Shown here piece by piece: positions 17,616-27,320 of a DNA stretch of 64,000 nt (positions are counted from its first letter, which is position 1; each line of letters begins with the position of its first letter). The notes beneath the pieces are model-generated. The model was not told the DNA's origin, made no database searches, and was given only the letters and a program-made list of their open reading frames with translations. Location: positions 32,001 through 96,000 of the forward strand of contig CBDEFM010000001.1 in assembly GCA_965237415.1 (NCBI GenBank). Direction: 5' to 3'. A program made the position numbers and the translations under genes. The stretch is from Alphaproteobacteria bacterium (lineage in GTDB: Bacteria; Pseudomonadota; Alphaproteobacteria; UBA828).

Positions 17616-18200
17616 CTAAATCCGTTCGGAGAGCCAGATCGCGAGCCGGGTACCGCGCTTGACGGCGGCGCCGAGCGCCTCGTAGCCGGGCGCCCGCTCC
17701 GCCCCGTGGGCGAGGCCGGTCTCGCGGTGCCGGGCCTCGTCGGCGCCGAACTCCTCAAGCGTCTGGCGCAGTTCGGCCTCGTCCTCGCCGAGGCGCTGGG
17801 CCTGCGCCGCGTAGTGCTGCTCGATCACCTCTTCGACGGCGACGGTGCACGCCATCGCTGCCCGCTCGCCGAGCAGCGCGCTGGCGGCACCTAGCGCATA
17901 GCCTGCGACGTGCCACACCGGGGAGAGTGCGGTCGGCCGCACCCGGCGCTCGACCAGCAGCGCATCAAAAGCATCCAGATGAGCCTGCTCCGCCTCGGCC
18001 ATTTCGCGGATGGCGGGCGCGGCTCCGCTCCGGCCCAGCACCGCGAGCTGGCCGTCGTAGATCCGCTTGGCGCCGTACTCGCCGGCGTGATCCACGCGGA
18101 TCATGCGGGCGATCGTCTCCTCTGGCGCGGGGTCGCCGGGGAGCCGGTCCTCGCCCGTGACCGCGGGCCCCGCCTCTTCGCGCTTCTCTCGGCCGTTCAT
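17616..18200 (-). CDS. coq7: Demethoxyubiquinone hydroxylase (di-iron Coq7)
   Basis: MIRVDHAGEYGAKRIYDGQ, AMACTVAVEEVIEQHY, DEARH, AIWLSERI. Confidence 0.9.
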   Translation of the reverse strand: MNGREKREEAGPAVTGEDRLPGDPAPEETIARMIRVDHAGEYGAKRIYDGQLAVLGRSGAAPAIREMAEAEQAHLDAFDALLVERRVRPTALSPVWHVAGYALGAASALLGERAAMACTVAVEEVIEQHYAAQAQRLGEDEAELRQTLEEFGADEARHRETGLAHGAERAPGYEALGAAVKRGTRLAIWLSERI

Positions 18201-18685
18201 GCACCCGCCCTCCACAGCCGGGCCGCGCCCAAGGCCGCCAACGCGGCGAGGGCGACGGAGGCGATGGCGTTCCACCCCGCGAGCGAGACGCCGATCAGCG
18301 ACCAGGGCACCTCGTCGCAGCGCGTGAGCGGCGCCGCCATGACCTGGGCCCTGATGTCCTCGATCGTGCCGCCGCTCATCGGCGCGGCGCAGCTGCTCGC
18401 GAACCAGCCCTGCTCGACACCCACATGGTAGACCCCGTAACCGGCGGTCACCAGAAGGGCGAGGCCGCAGAGCGCGAGCAGCGCCATCCGCAGCCGGCCG
18501 CCGGTGACGACGGCGGCGGCGAGCCCCAGCCCGAAGACGGCGAAGTGGGGATAGCGCTGGATCAGACAGAGCGGACAGGGCGCGAGGCCGCCCACGTGCT
18601 GGGAGAGATAGGCGCCGAGCAGCAGCGCGGCGCTCGCCGCCGCGACGAGCAGCGGGATCGCGCGGCCGCCGACCCACCGCTGCAT
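18197..18685 (-). CDS. dsbB: Disulfide bond formation protein B family
   Basis: PCPLCLIQRYP, YHVGVEQGW, RCDEVPWSLIGVSLAGWN; hydrophobic helices. Confidence 0.85.
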   Translation of the reverse strand: MQRWVGGRAIPLLVAAASAALLLGAYLSQHVGGLAPCPLCLIQRYPHFAVFGLGLAAAVVTGGRLRMALLALCGLALLVTAGYGVYHVGVEQGWFASSCAAPMSGGTIEDIRAQVMAAPLTRCDEVPWSLIGVSLAGWNAIASVALAALAALGAARLWRAGA

Positions 18686-18701
18686 CGCCGCTCCCAAGGG
18701 G

Positions 18702-19163
18702 CTAGCCCGCCGCCGCCGGCCGCCGCCGAAGGAACGTGGTGCTAGTCATGGTCATGACCGCCTCGTCGCGCTGGTTGAGCACATCCATCCGGTAGCGCAC
18801 GATGCCGCGCTCGGGCTTGGATTGCGACGCCCGCACCTCGAGAATCTCGCCGGTGGAGCGGATCGTGTCGCCGGGGCGGACCGGCTGGAGCCAGCGAAGC
18901 TCTTCGACGCCGGGCGAGCCCAGGACGACCTCGGGCGCGAACACCCGCGCCTGGATCATCATGCGGAGCCCCGTGGCGATGGTCTGGATGCCGCTCGCGA
19001 TGATCCCGCCGTAGGGCCCGGCCTCGGCGTAGGCCGCGTCGATATGGAAGGGCTGCGGATCGTAGCGGAAGGCGAAGTCCATAATCTCCGCCTCGCTCAG
19101 GGTCTTGCCCCACGACTCGAACCGCATGCCGGGCGCCATATCCTCGAAATACCAGTTGTACAT
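18702..19163 (-). CDS. MaoC family dehydratase
   Basis: YFED, YDPQPFHID, GGIIASG, LRWLQPVRPGD. Confidence 0.9.
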   Translation of the reverse strand: MYNWYFEDMAPGMRFESWGKTLSEAEIMDFAFRYDPQPFHIDAAYAEAGPYGGIIASGIQTIATGLRMMIQARVFAPEVVLGSPGVEELRWLQPVRPGDTIRSTGEILEVRASQSKPERGIVRYRMDVLNQRDEAVMTMTSTTFLRRRPAAAG

Positions 19164-19328
19164 GGGAACTCCCGATGGCGAACGACTAATGTAGGGAGCG
19201 TGCGGCAGAGCGCCAAGCGCGGGCGTCTCAATCGCCCGCGGGCGCGAATACCCCCACCTCGCCCCGGCCCTCTCCGCCTGTTGTTCAGCGCGCAGAGGTG
19301 CCGGAAGATCTCAGTATCGAGTTTCGGG

Positions 19329-19943
19329 TCATGTTGCCGCCGCCCGCGCGAGCCTCTCGATCCTGGCCCAGTCACCGGCCGCGACGGCGTCTCTTGGTGC
19401 GATCCAGCTGCCGCCGACGCAGAGTACGTTCGGGAGTGAGAGGTAGTCGGCGGCGTTTAGGGCGTTGATGCCGCCGGTTGGGCAGAAGCGGATCTGTGGC
19501 AGGGGGGCGGCCCAGGCGGCCATGACCGGTGGCCCGCCGTTCGGGCCGGCGGGGAAAAACTTCAGCACGTCGAGGCCGCGCTCGAGCGCGCGCATCGCCT
19601 CGCCCGGGGTCGCGACGCCGGGCAGCATCGGCAGGCCGGCATCCTCGGCGGCGTCGAGCAGGCTGTTGGTGAAGCCGGGCGAGACGCCGAACCGGGCCCC
19701 GGCGGCGACCGCGGCGCGCACGTCCTCAGGCGTGAGCAGCGTCCCGGCGCCGACGATCGTGTCGGGGGCCGCCTCGGTCATCGCCCGGATGGCGTCAAGA
19801 GCGGCCGGCGTGCGCAATGTGACCTCGAGCACCCTGAGCCCGCCGCGGGACAGCGCCCGCGCCAGCGGCGCGGCGTGGGCGGCCTCCTCGACGGTGAGGA
19901 CCGGGATAACCGGGCCGAGCCGGCAGATCGTTTCGGCGTTCAT
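19329..19943 (-). CDS. eda: KDPG/KHG aldolase
   Basis: PVIPVL, LEVTLRT, VSPG, KFFPA, FCPTGGI, CVGGSW. Confidence 0.95.
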   Translation of the reverse strand: MNAETICRLGPVIPVLTVEEAAHAAPLARALSRGGLRVLEVTLRTPAALDAIRAMTEAAPDTIVGAGTLLTPEDVRAAVAAGARFGVSPGFTNSLLDAAEDAGLPMLPGVATPGEAMRALERGLDVLKFFPAGPNGGPPVMAAWAAPLPQIRFCPTGGINALNAADYLSLPNVLCVGGSWIAPRDAVAAGDWARIERLARAAAT

Positions 19944-21499
19944 CCCTCAAGCTCCCTGATGCGGGCGACCAGCCCGGCCGTCGATTGGTCGAGCCCGGCG
20001 TCGGCTCCGTCCTCGCCGCGCATGACCGGGGCCAGGCGTTGCGCCAGCGCCTTGCCGAGTTCGACACCGAACTGGTCGAAGGAATTGATGTCCCATATGG
20101 CCCCCATCGTGAACACCTTGTGCTCGTAGAGCGCGATCAGTCGGCCGAGCGCGAACGGGTCGAGCTGGCGGTGCAGGATGGTCGTAGACGGCCGGTCGCC
20201 CGGGAAGGTCCGGTGCGGCGCGAGGCGGTCGGCCTCGGCCACCGTCAGCCCGGGTCGTGCCTCGGCTTGCGCGCGGCCGAAGGCCAGCGCCGCGCTCTGC
20301 GCCAGGCAATTGGCAAGCAAGAGCCGATGGTGCTCCATGTCGGCATCGCGCGGCCGGGCGGCGGCGATGAAGTCGACGGGGATCACGTCGGTACCCTGGT
20401 GCAGGAGCTGGAAGAACGAGTGCTGCGCGTTGGTGCCCGGCTCGCCCCAGACGACCGGGCCGGTGGCGCAGGGGGTGGGCTTGCCGTCCTGCGTGACGCA
20501 CTTGCCGTTCGATTCCATTTCGAGCTGCTGGACATAGGCCGGGAAGCGCTCGAGCCGCTGGTCGTAGGGGATCAGCGCCACGGTCGGCCAGCCCATCGCG
20601 TTGCGCCGCCAGATGCCGGTGAGGGCGAACAGCACCGGCAGGTTCTCTTCAAGGGCCGCCTCGCGGAAATGCCGGTCCATCGCAGCGGCCCCGGCAAGAA
20701 AGTCCCGGAACCGCCCGGCGCCGATGGCAATGGCCAGGCTCAGCCCGATCGCACTCCAGAGCGAGTAGCGCCCGCCGACCCAGTCCCAGAAGCCGAAGAC
20801 CCGCTCCGCGGGGACGCCGAACTCGGCGCAGGCCGCGAGATTGGTCGAGACCGCCGCCATGTTGTCTGCCGCGTGACCGCCCAGCCAGGCCCGGGCGGAG
20901 CGGGCATTGGTCATCGACTCGAGCGTTGTGAAGGTCTTCGACGCGACGATGACCAGCGTTGTTGCCGGGTCGAGCCCTCGGAGCGTGTCGGCCAGATGCG
21001 CCCCGTCGACATTCGAGACAAAGTGCACGCGGGGTCCGTCATGGTCGGGCGACAGCGCCCGCACGGCCATGGCCGGGCCGAGATCGGAGCCGCCGATGCC
21101 GATGTTGATGACGTCGGTGAAGCTGCCGGCACGCACGCCCTCGGCGAAGGCGAGGACATCGGCGCGCGCACCCTCGACATCATCGCCCGGCGTCGGCGGC
21201 GCACCGCCGCGCAGCGCCATGTGGAGCGCCGCCCGGCCCTCGGTCCGGTTGACCGGCGCGCCCGCAAACATCGCCTCGCGCCGGCCTTCGACTTCCGCCG
21301 CCCGGGCAAGCGCGAGGAGCGCATCGAGCGCTGCAGCATCGAGCTTTTCCTTCGAGACGTCGATGCTCAGGTCCTCGAAGGCGAAGGAGAGCCGCTTGAA
21401 CCGTGCCGGATCGTTGGCGAACAGCGTGCGCAGATGGGTCGGGCGCAGGCGCGCGGCCTCGCGGTGAACCCTCTCCCAAGCGGCTTCGAGCGGGGTCAT
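19940..21499 (-). CDS. pgi: Glucose-6-phosphate isomerase
   Basis: [48 protein letters not shown]. Confidence 0.95.
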   Translation of the reverse strand: MTPLEAAWERVHREAARLRPTHLRTLFANDPARFKRLSFAFEDLSIDVSKEKLDAAALDALLALARAAEVEGRREAMFAGAPVNRTEGRAALHMALRGGAPPTPGDDVEGARADVLAFAEGVRAGSFTDVINIGIGGSDLGPAMAVRALSPDHDGPRVHFVSNVDGAHLADTLRGLDPATTLVIVASKTFTTLESMTNARSARAWLGGHAADNMAAVSTNLAACAEFGVPAERVFGFWDWVGGRYSLWSAIGLSLAIAIGAGRFRDFLAGAAAMDRHFREAALEENLPVLFALTGIWRRNAMGWPTVALIPYDQRLERFPAYVQQLEMESNGKCVTQDGKPTPCATGPVVWGEPGTNAQHSFFQLLHQGTDVIPVDFIAAARPRDADMEHHRLLLANCLAQSAALAFGRAQAEARPGLTVAEADRLAPHRTFPGDRPSTTILHRQLDPFALGRLIALYEHKVFTMGAIWDINSFDQFGVELGKALAQRLAPVMRGEDGADAGLDQSTAGLVARIRELEG

Positions 21500-21505
21500 G
21501 ATCCC

Positions 21506-23320
21506 CTAGACAACGACCGCGGCGCCGGTTTCTGCCGAGCCGACATTGCTGCGGAAGGCGGCGAAGAGCTCGCGCCCGATGCCGCAGGCATTGGCCGAGA
21601 GATCGGCCTGCGCCGGCGCGCGCCCTGCGAATTCCGCCGGATCGCCGAGCACGTCGAGCCGGCCCGCCGCGGCGTCGAGCCGAAGCATATCGCCGTCGCG
21701 CACCCGTGCAATCGCCCCGCCCGCCGCGGCCTCGGGCGTGACATGGATGGCCGCGGGCACCTTGCCCGACGCGCCGGACATGCGCCCGTCGGTGAGCAGC
21801 GCCACACGGAAACCGCGGTCCTGCAAGACGCTGAGGACCGGCGTCAGCGAGTGCAGCTCGGGCATGCCGTTGGCCTGCGGGCCCTGGAAGCGCAGCACGC
21901 AGACAAAGTCGCGCTCCAGCTCGCCATTGCGGAACGCGGCCTTGACCTCTTCCTGATCCTGGAACACCCGGGCCGGGGCCTCGACGACGTGGTGCTCGGG
22001 CTTGACCGCCGAGGTCTTGATCACCGCCTGGCCGAGATTGCCGGTCAGCATGGCCAGCCCGCCGGTGCGTTGGAACGGATCGGCCGCGGGGCGCAGGATC
22101 CTGTCGTTCAGGCTCGCGCGCGCGCCGTCGCGCCAGGCGAGCCCATCATCGCCCAGCACCGGCTCAAGGGTGTAGCGGGCCAGACCGTCGCCGGCGACGG
22201 TGCGGACGTCGCCGTGCAGGAGCCCGGCCCCGAGCAGCTCGCCGATCATGAAGCCGAGCCCGCCGGCGGCGTGGAAATGGTTCACGTCGGCCAGCCCGTT
22301 GGGATAGACCCGCGCCATCAGCGGCGTGACGGCTGAGAGTTCCGCCATGTCGGACCAGTCGATCAGCACGCCCGCGGCACGGGCCATCGCCACGAGGTGC
22401 AGGGTCAGATTGGTCGACCCGCCCGTGGCGTGCAGGCCGACCATTCCATTGACGAAGGCGCGCTCGTCGAGCACCACGCTAACGGGCGTGTAGGAATTGC
22501 CGGTCGCGACGATCTCCAGCGCTCGCCGGGCTGCCGCTCGGGTCAGCGCCTCGCGGAGCGGCGTGCCGGGATTTACGAAGCTCGCGCCGGGCAGGTGCAG
22601 GCCCATGAACTCCATCAGCATCTGGTTCGAGTTCGCCGTGCCATAGAACGTGCAGGTGCCTGCGCCGTGATACGAGGCCATCTCGGCGGCCATCAGCTCG
22701 TCTCGGCCGATCTCGCCGCGGGCGAAGCGCTGGCGCACGGCGGCTTTCTCATCGTTCGGCAGGCCCGAGGTCATCGGCCCCGCCGGCGCGAAGATCGCCG
22801 GGATATGGCCGAAGGTGGCTGCCGCGATCGCAAGCCCGGGGACGATCTTGTCGCAGACGCCGAGGAAGATCGCAGCGTCGAAGCAGTTGTGCGACAGCGC
22901 CACGCCCGCCGCGAGTGCGATCACATCGCGGCTGAAGAGCGAGAGCTCCATGCCCGGCTGGCCCTGGGTGACACCATCGCACATCGCCGGCACGCCGCCG
23001 GCGACCTGGGCGGTGCCGCCTGCCTGCCGGGCCGCATCGCGGATCAGCGCGGGAAAGCCCTCGAACGGCTGGTGGGCCGAGAGCATGTCGTTATAGGCGG
23101 TGACGATACCGATGTTGCCGGCGGCGCTGCCGGCCTGGCTCGTCTTGTCCGCCTCCGGGCTGGCTGCGAAGGCGTGCGCAAGGTTGCCGCAGGAGAGATG
23201 CGACCGCGCCGGCCCGGCGTCTGCGGCCCCGGCCATGCGCTGGAGATATGCTGTGCGGAGGGTCCGGCTCCGCGCGCGGACCCGCTCGGTCACCTTGTGC
23301 ACGGTATCGTTCAGTGGCAT
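21506..23320 (-). CDS. edd: Phosphogluconate dehydratase
   Basis: [46 protein letters not shown]. Confidence 0.95.
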   Translation of the reverse strand: MPLNDTVHKVTERVRARSRTLRTAYLQRMAGAADAGPARSHLSCGNLAHAFAASPEADKTSQAGSAAGNIGIVTAYNDMLSAHQPFEGFPALIRDAARQAGGTAQVAGGVPAMCDGVTQGQPGMELSLFSRDVIALAAGVALSHNCFDAAIFLGVCDKIVPGLAIAAATFGHIPAIFAPAGPMTSGLPNDEKAAVRQRFARGEIGRDELMAAEMASYHGAGTCTFYGTANSNQMLMEFMGLHLPGASFVNPGTPLREALTRAAARRALEIVATGNSYTPVSVVLDERAFVNGMVGLHATGGSTNLTLHLVAMARAAGVLIDWSDMAELSAVTPLMARVYPNGLADVNHFHAAGGLGFMIGELLGAGLLHGDVRTVAGDGLARYTLEPVLGDDGLAWRDGARASLNDRILRPAADPFQRTGGLAMLTGNLGQAVIKTSAVKPEHHVVEAPARVFQDQEEVKAAFRNGELERDFVCVLRFQGPQANGMPELHSLTPVLSVLQDRGFRVALLTDGRMSGASGKVPAAIHVTPEAAAGGAIARVRDGDMLRLDAAAGRLDVLGDPAEFAGRAPAQADLSANACGIGRELFAAFRSNVGSAETGAAVVV

Positions 23321-23341
23321 CGGGTTCTCCCGGTCATTGCC

Positions 23342-23995
23342 TCACGGCGCCCAGTAGACGATGGCGGGGGTCGGCCCGTCGAGGACCAGCCGGACCGGGG
23401 CATCGGCGGGGCCGGCCGCAGCCCTTGCCCCCTCAAGCGCCGCACGTTTGCCCGCACCATGGATCAGCACGAAGCACCGGCCCGCCCCGGTCAGCGCCGG
23501 CGCGGTCAGGGTGATGCGCTCCTCTGGCGCGCCGGGGGCGCGTAACCGCAGGGCCGGAGAGCCGCATTCCGCCGAAAGCGCCTCGTCCAGGCGGTCGGCA
23601 CCGGGGAAGAGTGAGGCGACGTGCAGATCCTCCCCCATCCCCAGCACGCAGGCATCGAGCGGCAGGAGCGCCGAGAGTGCCTGCTCGTCGTTGAGCGCCA
23701 CGAACCGCACCGCGCGGGCCGGGCCGGCGAAAAGCGTTCCGTCGAGCAGGCGCCGGTTCGAGCGCGGATGATCGGCGGGGACGCAGCGCTCGTCGGTGAG
23801 CGTCACCGCAACAGCCGCCCAGTCGAGCGCATGGCCGCCGAGCGCGGACAGGAACGCCACCGGGGTGGTGCCGCCTGGCACCGCCAGCGCGGCGCTGCCG
23901 GTGCCTCGAATCGCCGCCTCCAGCAGCGCCGCGATCTCGCCGGCCAGAAGACGGGCCAGCGCGCCCCGGTCCGCGGCCTCGACAATCCGCGTCAC
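23342..23995 (-). CDS. pgl: 6-phosphogluconolactonase
   Basis: VPGGTTP, TDERCVP..HPRSN, LGMGEDLHVASLFP, RITLT. Confidence 0.9.
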   Translation of the reverse strand: MTRIVEAADRGALARLLAGEIAALLEAAIRGTGSAALAVPGGTTPVAFLSALGGHALDWAAVAVTLTDERCVPADHPRSNRRLLDGTLFAGPARAVRFVALNDEQALSALLPLDACVLGMGEDLHVASLFPGADRLDEALSAECGSPALRLRAPGAPEERITLTAPALTGAGRCFVLIHGAGKRAALEGARAAAGPADAPVRLVLDGPTPAIVYWAP

Positions 23996-25455
23996 GCCGC
24001 GACCGCGCGCCAGCGCCGGCCGTCGCGATGCATCAGCATCAGCGCATCTTCAGGGCCCGATGAATAGCTGTCATAGGGTTGCGGCCGCTCGGGCGCGGCC
24101 TCCGCCGCAGCGATGATCGGATCGATCCAGCGCCAGGCCGCTTCGACCTCGTCACCGCGCATGAACAGCGTCTGGTCGCCGCGTATCACATCCATCACCA
24201 GCCGCTCATAGGCGTCCGGCATGCTCAGGCCCTCTGCACCCATGGTCTCGGCAAAGGTCATGTCGAGCGGCGCCTCGCAGAGCCGCATGCCGCCGGGGCC
24301 CGGCTCCTTGATAGTCAGTCTCAGCGTGATCCCCTCGTCGGGCTGCAGCCTGATCGCCAGCACGTTCGGACGCGTGCCACCCGCGCTCTCGGGGAAGATC
24401 GAATGTGGCGCGTCCTTGAAGACGACGGCGATCTCGGACATCCGCGCCCGTAGCCGCTTTCCGGTGCGCAGATAGAACGGCGCCCCGTTCCAGCGCCAGT
24501 TGGCGATCTCCGCCTTGATCGCCACGAAGCTCTCGGTGCGCGATCCGGGGTTCTCAGCATCCTCGCAATAGCCCGCCTCGCCATTGATGCCGCGATACTG
24601 GCCGCGCACCACGTCGCCAAGCCCGTCCAGCGGTTTCAGGCTGCGCAGCACCTTAAGCTTCTCATCGCGCACCGCATCCGGCTCAAAATGCGCCGGCGGC
24701 TCCATGGCGATGAGGCAGAGCAGTTGCAGAAGATGGTTCTGCATCATGTCCCGAATCGCGCCGTTCCGGTCATAATAGGCGCCCCGGCCGCCGACACCGA
24801 CCCGCTCGGCGACGGTGATCTGCACATGGTCGACATGGCGCGCGTTCCAGATCGGTTCGAACAGCGCATTGGCAAAGCGCAGCGCCATCAGGTTCTGCAC
24901 CGTCTCCTTCCCGAGATAGTGGTCGATCCGGTAGATCTGGCGCTCTTCGAACAGCGTCGCGAGCTGGCGGTTCAGCGCCTGCGCGCTCTCGAGATCGCGG
25001 CCCAGCGGCTTCTCGACGACCAGGCGCGTGTCCGGTGTCCGGCAGCCACTCGTCGCCAGCCTTTCGCTGATCGGGCCGAATAATTGCGGCGCCACCGAAA
25101 GATAGAAGGCCCGCATGCGCTCCGAGCCCTCGAGCCTGTCGCAGAGTGAAGCCCAGCCGCCCTCGCCCTCCGCATCGATGCGCACATAGTCGATCATGGC
25201 AAGGAAGACTGCCAACTGATCGGTATCGAGCTTGCCAGGACCCGCATGATCCCTGAGCGACGCCTCGGCCATATGGCGAAAGCCGTCGGCGTCGAGATCT
25301 CTTCGGGCAGCGGCAATGATCCTCGAACCCTGCAATGCCTGCCCGCCAAGCATCCGGCGATAGAGCGCGGGCAGCAGCTTGCGCTGCGCAAGATCGCCAG
25401 TGCCACCAAAGACCACAAGATCGAACGGATCGACCGGAATGACTCGCGCAACCAT
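23992..25455 (-). CDS. zwf: Glucose-6-phosphate 1-dehydrogenase
   Basis: FGGTGDLAQRKL, RIDHYLGKETVQN, PFYLRTGKR. Confidence 0.95.
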   Translation of the reverse strand: MVARVIPVDPFDLVVFGGTGDLAQRKLLPALYRRMLGGQALQGSRIIAAARRDLDADGFRHMAEASLRDHAGPGKLDTDQLAVFLAMIDYVRIDAEGEGGWASLCDRLEGSERMRAFYLSVAPQLFGPISERLATSGCRTPDTRLVVEKPLGRDLESAQALNRQLATLFEERQIYRIDHYLGKETVQNLMALRFANALFEPIWNARHVDHVQITVAERVGVGGRGAYYDRNGAIRDMMQNHLLQLLCLIAMEPPAHFEPDAVRDEKLKVLRSLKPLDGLGDVVRGQYRGINGEAGYCEDAENPGSRTESFVAIKAEIANWRWNGAPFYLRTGKRLRARMSEIAVVFKDAPHSIFPESAGGTRPNVLAIRLQPDEGITLRLTIKEPGPGGMRLCEAPLDMTFAETMGAEGLSMPDAYERLVMDVIRGDQTLFMRGDEVEAAWRWIDPIIAAAEAAPERPQPYDSYSSGPEDALMLMHRDGRRWRAVAA

Positions 25456-25457
25456 GA

Positions 25458-25850
25458 TCAGTCCACCTCAAACAGATTCAAATGCCGTGGCTGGCGCAAA
25501 CGAGGCCCGATGGAAGCGGTCGCGACACAAGCGGGGCAGCTCAGCTGGCCCAACATGTCGAGCAGTCCGGGCGTGGTCCGCAGGCTGTCCGCGAAGGCCT
25601 CTCGAAGCGCCGCACGGTAATTGCTCACGAACGTAGAGGGCAGCGTAGTTCCAAAACGCTCACTTATGATTTCGGACGCGACGGGAAAGCTTCTGCCGAC
25701 GAAGTTGCGAAAGACATAATCGGCATCGATGCGAATGTCATAGACCAGAAGCTCCTGGATCAGGAGATTTGCACTGATAACCTCGCTGTCAGCAATGACT
25801 CCATCGCAGTCGAATATTACCAGATCGACACTCTGCAATGCGTCGGCCAC
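25458..25850 (-). pseudogene. C-terminally truncated HAD-IA hydrolase
   Basis: IFDCDGVIADSE motif I; homology stops at motif II (CVATAS) at about aa 113; motifs III and IV absent. Confidence 0.7.
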
Positions 25851-26074
25851 CCTGCTGTTCCCTTCGCGTCAACGAAACCTTTCATGGCGCGGGTTCGACG
25901 GCAAGCGGCAGGCCGGCCGCACAGAGCGCCCCCGCAGTCTTCGAGACCAAGGGTGGTTCGGTCTCCCGTCCGCTTCTACCGCCGTCAAAATAACAACGAC
26001 GGCGATCAGACGAGATACAAGGCGGGAAGACGTGAAGCACGAGTTGTTTGGCGGGCGCCTCAACCGGCCTCGAA

Positions 26075-27283
26075 CTAGCCGTCGCGCGCCGCCGCCATGC
26101 GCTCGAAACCCCGCTCCAGGTCGGCGATGAGATCGTCCGGGTCCTCGAGGCCCGCGTAGATGCGGAGCAGCGGATACGTCGGATCCCAGCGGGTCGCATC
26201 GCGGAGCTTCCAGGGATAGGTGGGGAGCGCGAGGCTCTCGTAGCCGCCCCAGGAATAGCCGAGGCCGAAGAGCGCGAGGGAATCGAGGAAGGCATCGACC
26301 GCGGGCTCCGGCACCGGCTCCAGCACCACGCCGAAAAGGCTCGATGCGCCGGAGAAGTCGCGCTTCCAGAGCGCGTGACCGGGGTCGTCCTCCAGCGCGG
26401 GGTGAAGCACCTGGCGGACCTCCGGCCTCTCGCGGAACCAGCGGGCGAGCGCGAGGCCCGTCTCCTGATGCCGGTGCAGCCGGACGGAGAGCGTGCGCAG
26501 GCCGCGCAGCCCGAGATAGCAGTCGTCGGGGCCGGGTGCCGCGCCAAGCTCCTCGAAGATACGGCGGAGCGCCTCGACATGGGCCTCGGTGGTGGTGACC
26601 GCGCCCAGCATGGCGTCCGAATGGCCCACGATGTACTTGGTGCCGGCCTGGATCGAGATATCCGCGCCCAACCCCAGCGGCTGGCAGAAAAGCGGCGAGG
26701 CCCAGGTGTTGTCCACGACGAGGACCGCGCCCCGCTCATGGGCCGCAGCCGCCATCGCCGGAAAGTCCTGAACCTCGAAGGTGAGCGAGCCCGGCGATTC
26801 GCCGACCACCACGCTGGTGTTGGCACGCATCAGGTCAGCGATGCCGGCGCCGATGCAGGGGTCATAGAAGGTGGTCTCGACCCCCATGCGCTTCAGCAGG
26901 CCGTTCGCGAGGCTCCGCGTCGGGCCGTAGGCGCTGTCGGTCATCAGCACGTGGTCGCCGCTCTTCACGAAGGCGAGCAGCGCCGCCACGATCGCCGCCT
27001 TGCCGGAGCCGAACAGGTACGTCCGGTAGCCCTTCTCCAGCGTGGCGATGGAATCCTGCAGCGGGAAGGTCGTGGGCGTGCCGTAGCGGCCGTAATAGGT
27101 CTTGCCGTACTCGCGCGGGCCGAACGTGGCTTCCTTCAGCGCCGCCGCAGACTCATGCAGGATCGTCGACGCGTGATAGACGGGCGGATTGACAACACCG
27201 TGGTTCGCCGCCGGGTCGCGGCCGAGCACCGAGAGCAGGGTCTCGTCCCGATAGCGCCCCTTGTCGCCGCTATTCTTGGTCAT
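26075..27283 (-). CDS. metC: Cystathionine beta-lyase
   Basis: VNPPVYHAST, YGRYGTPT, DNTWA, AGTKYIVGHSD (PLP lysine), YSWGGYESL. Confidence 0.93.
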   Translation of the reverse strand: MTKNSGDKGRYRDETLLSVLGRDPAANHGVVNPPVYHASTILHESAAALKEATFGPREYGKTYYGRYGTPTTFPLQDSIATLEKGYRTYLFGSGKAAIVAALLAFVKSGDHVLMTDSAYGPTRSLANGLLKRMGVETTFYDPCIGAGIADLMRANTSVVVGESPGSLTFEVQDFPAMAAAAHERGAVLVVDNTWASPLFCQPLGLGADISIQAGTKYIVGHSDAMLGAVTTTEAHVEALRRIFEELGAAPGPDDCYLGLRGLRTLSVRLHRHQETGLALARWFRERPEVRQVLHPALEDDPGHALWKRDFSGASSLFGVVLEPVPEPAVDAFLDSLALFGLGYSWGGYESLALPTYPWKLRDATRWDPTYPLLRIYAGLEDPDDLIADLERGFERMAAARDG

Positions 27284-27320
27284 GGCTTGGCCGTGCGGCC
27301 GTGAACGCGCGATCGATCGA

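Noticed and set aside
19985-22336. 783-aa plus-strand ORF and similar long ORFs (42114-44933, 7284-9719, 27261-29234, 61527-63389)
   Set aside because: Antisense shadows of well-supported genes in high-GC DNA; no recognisable motifs.
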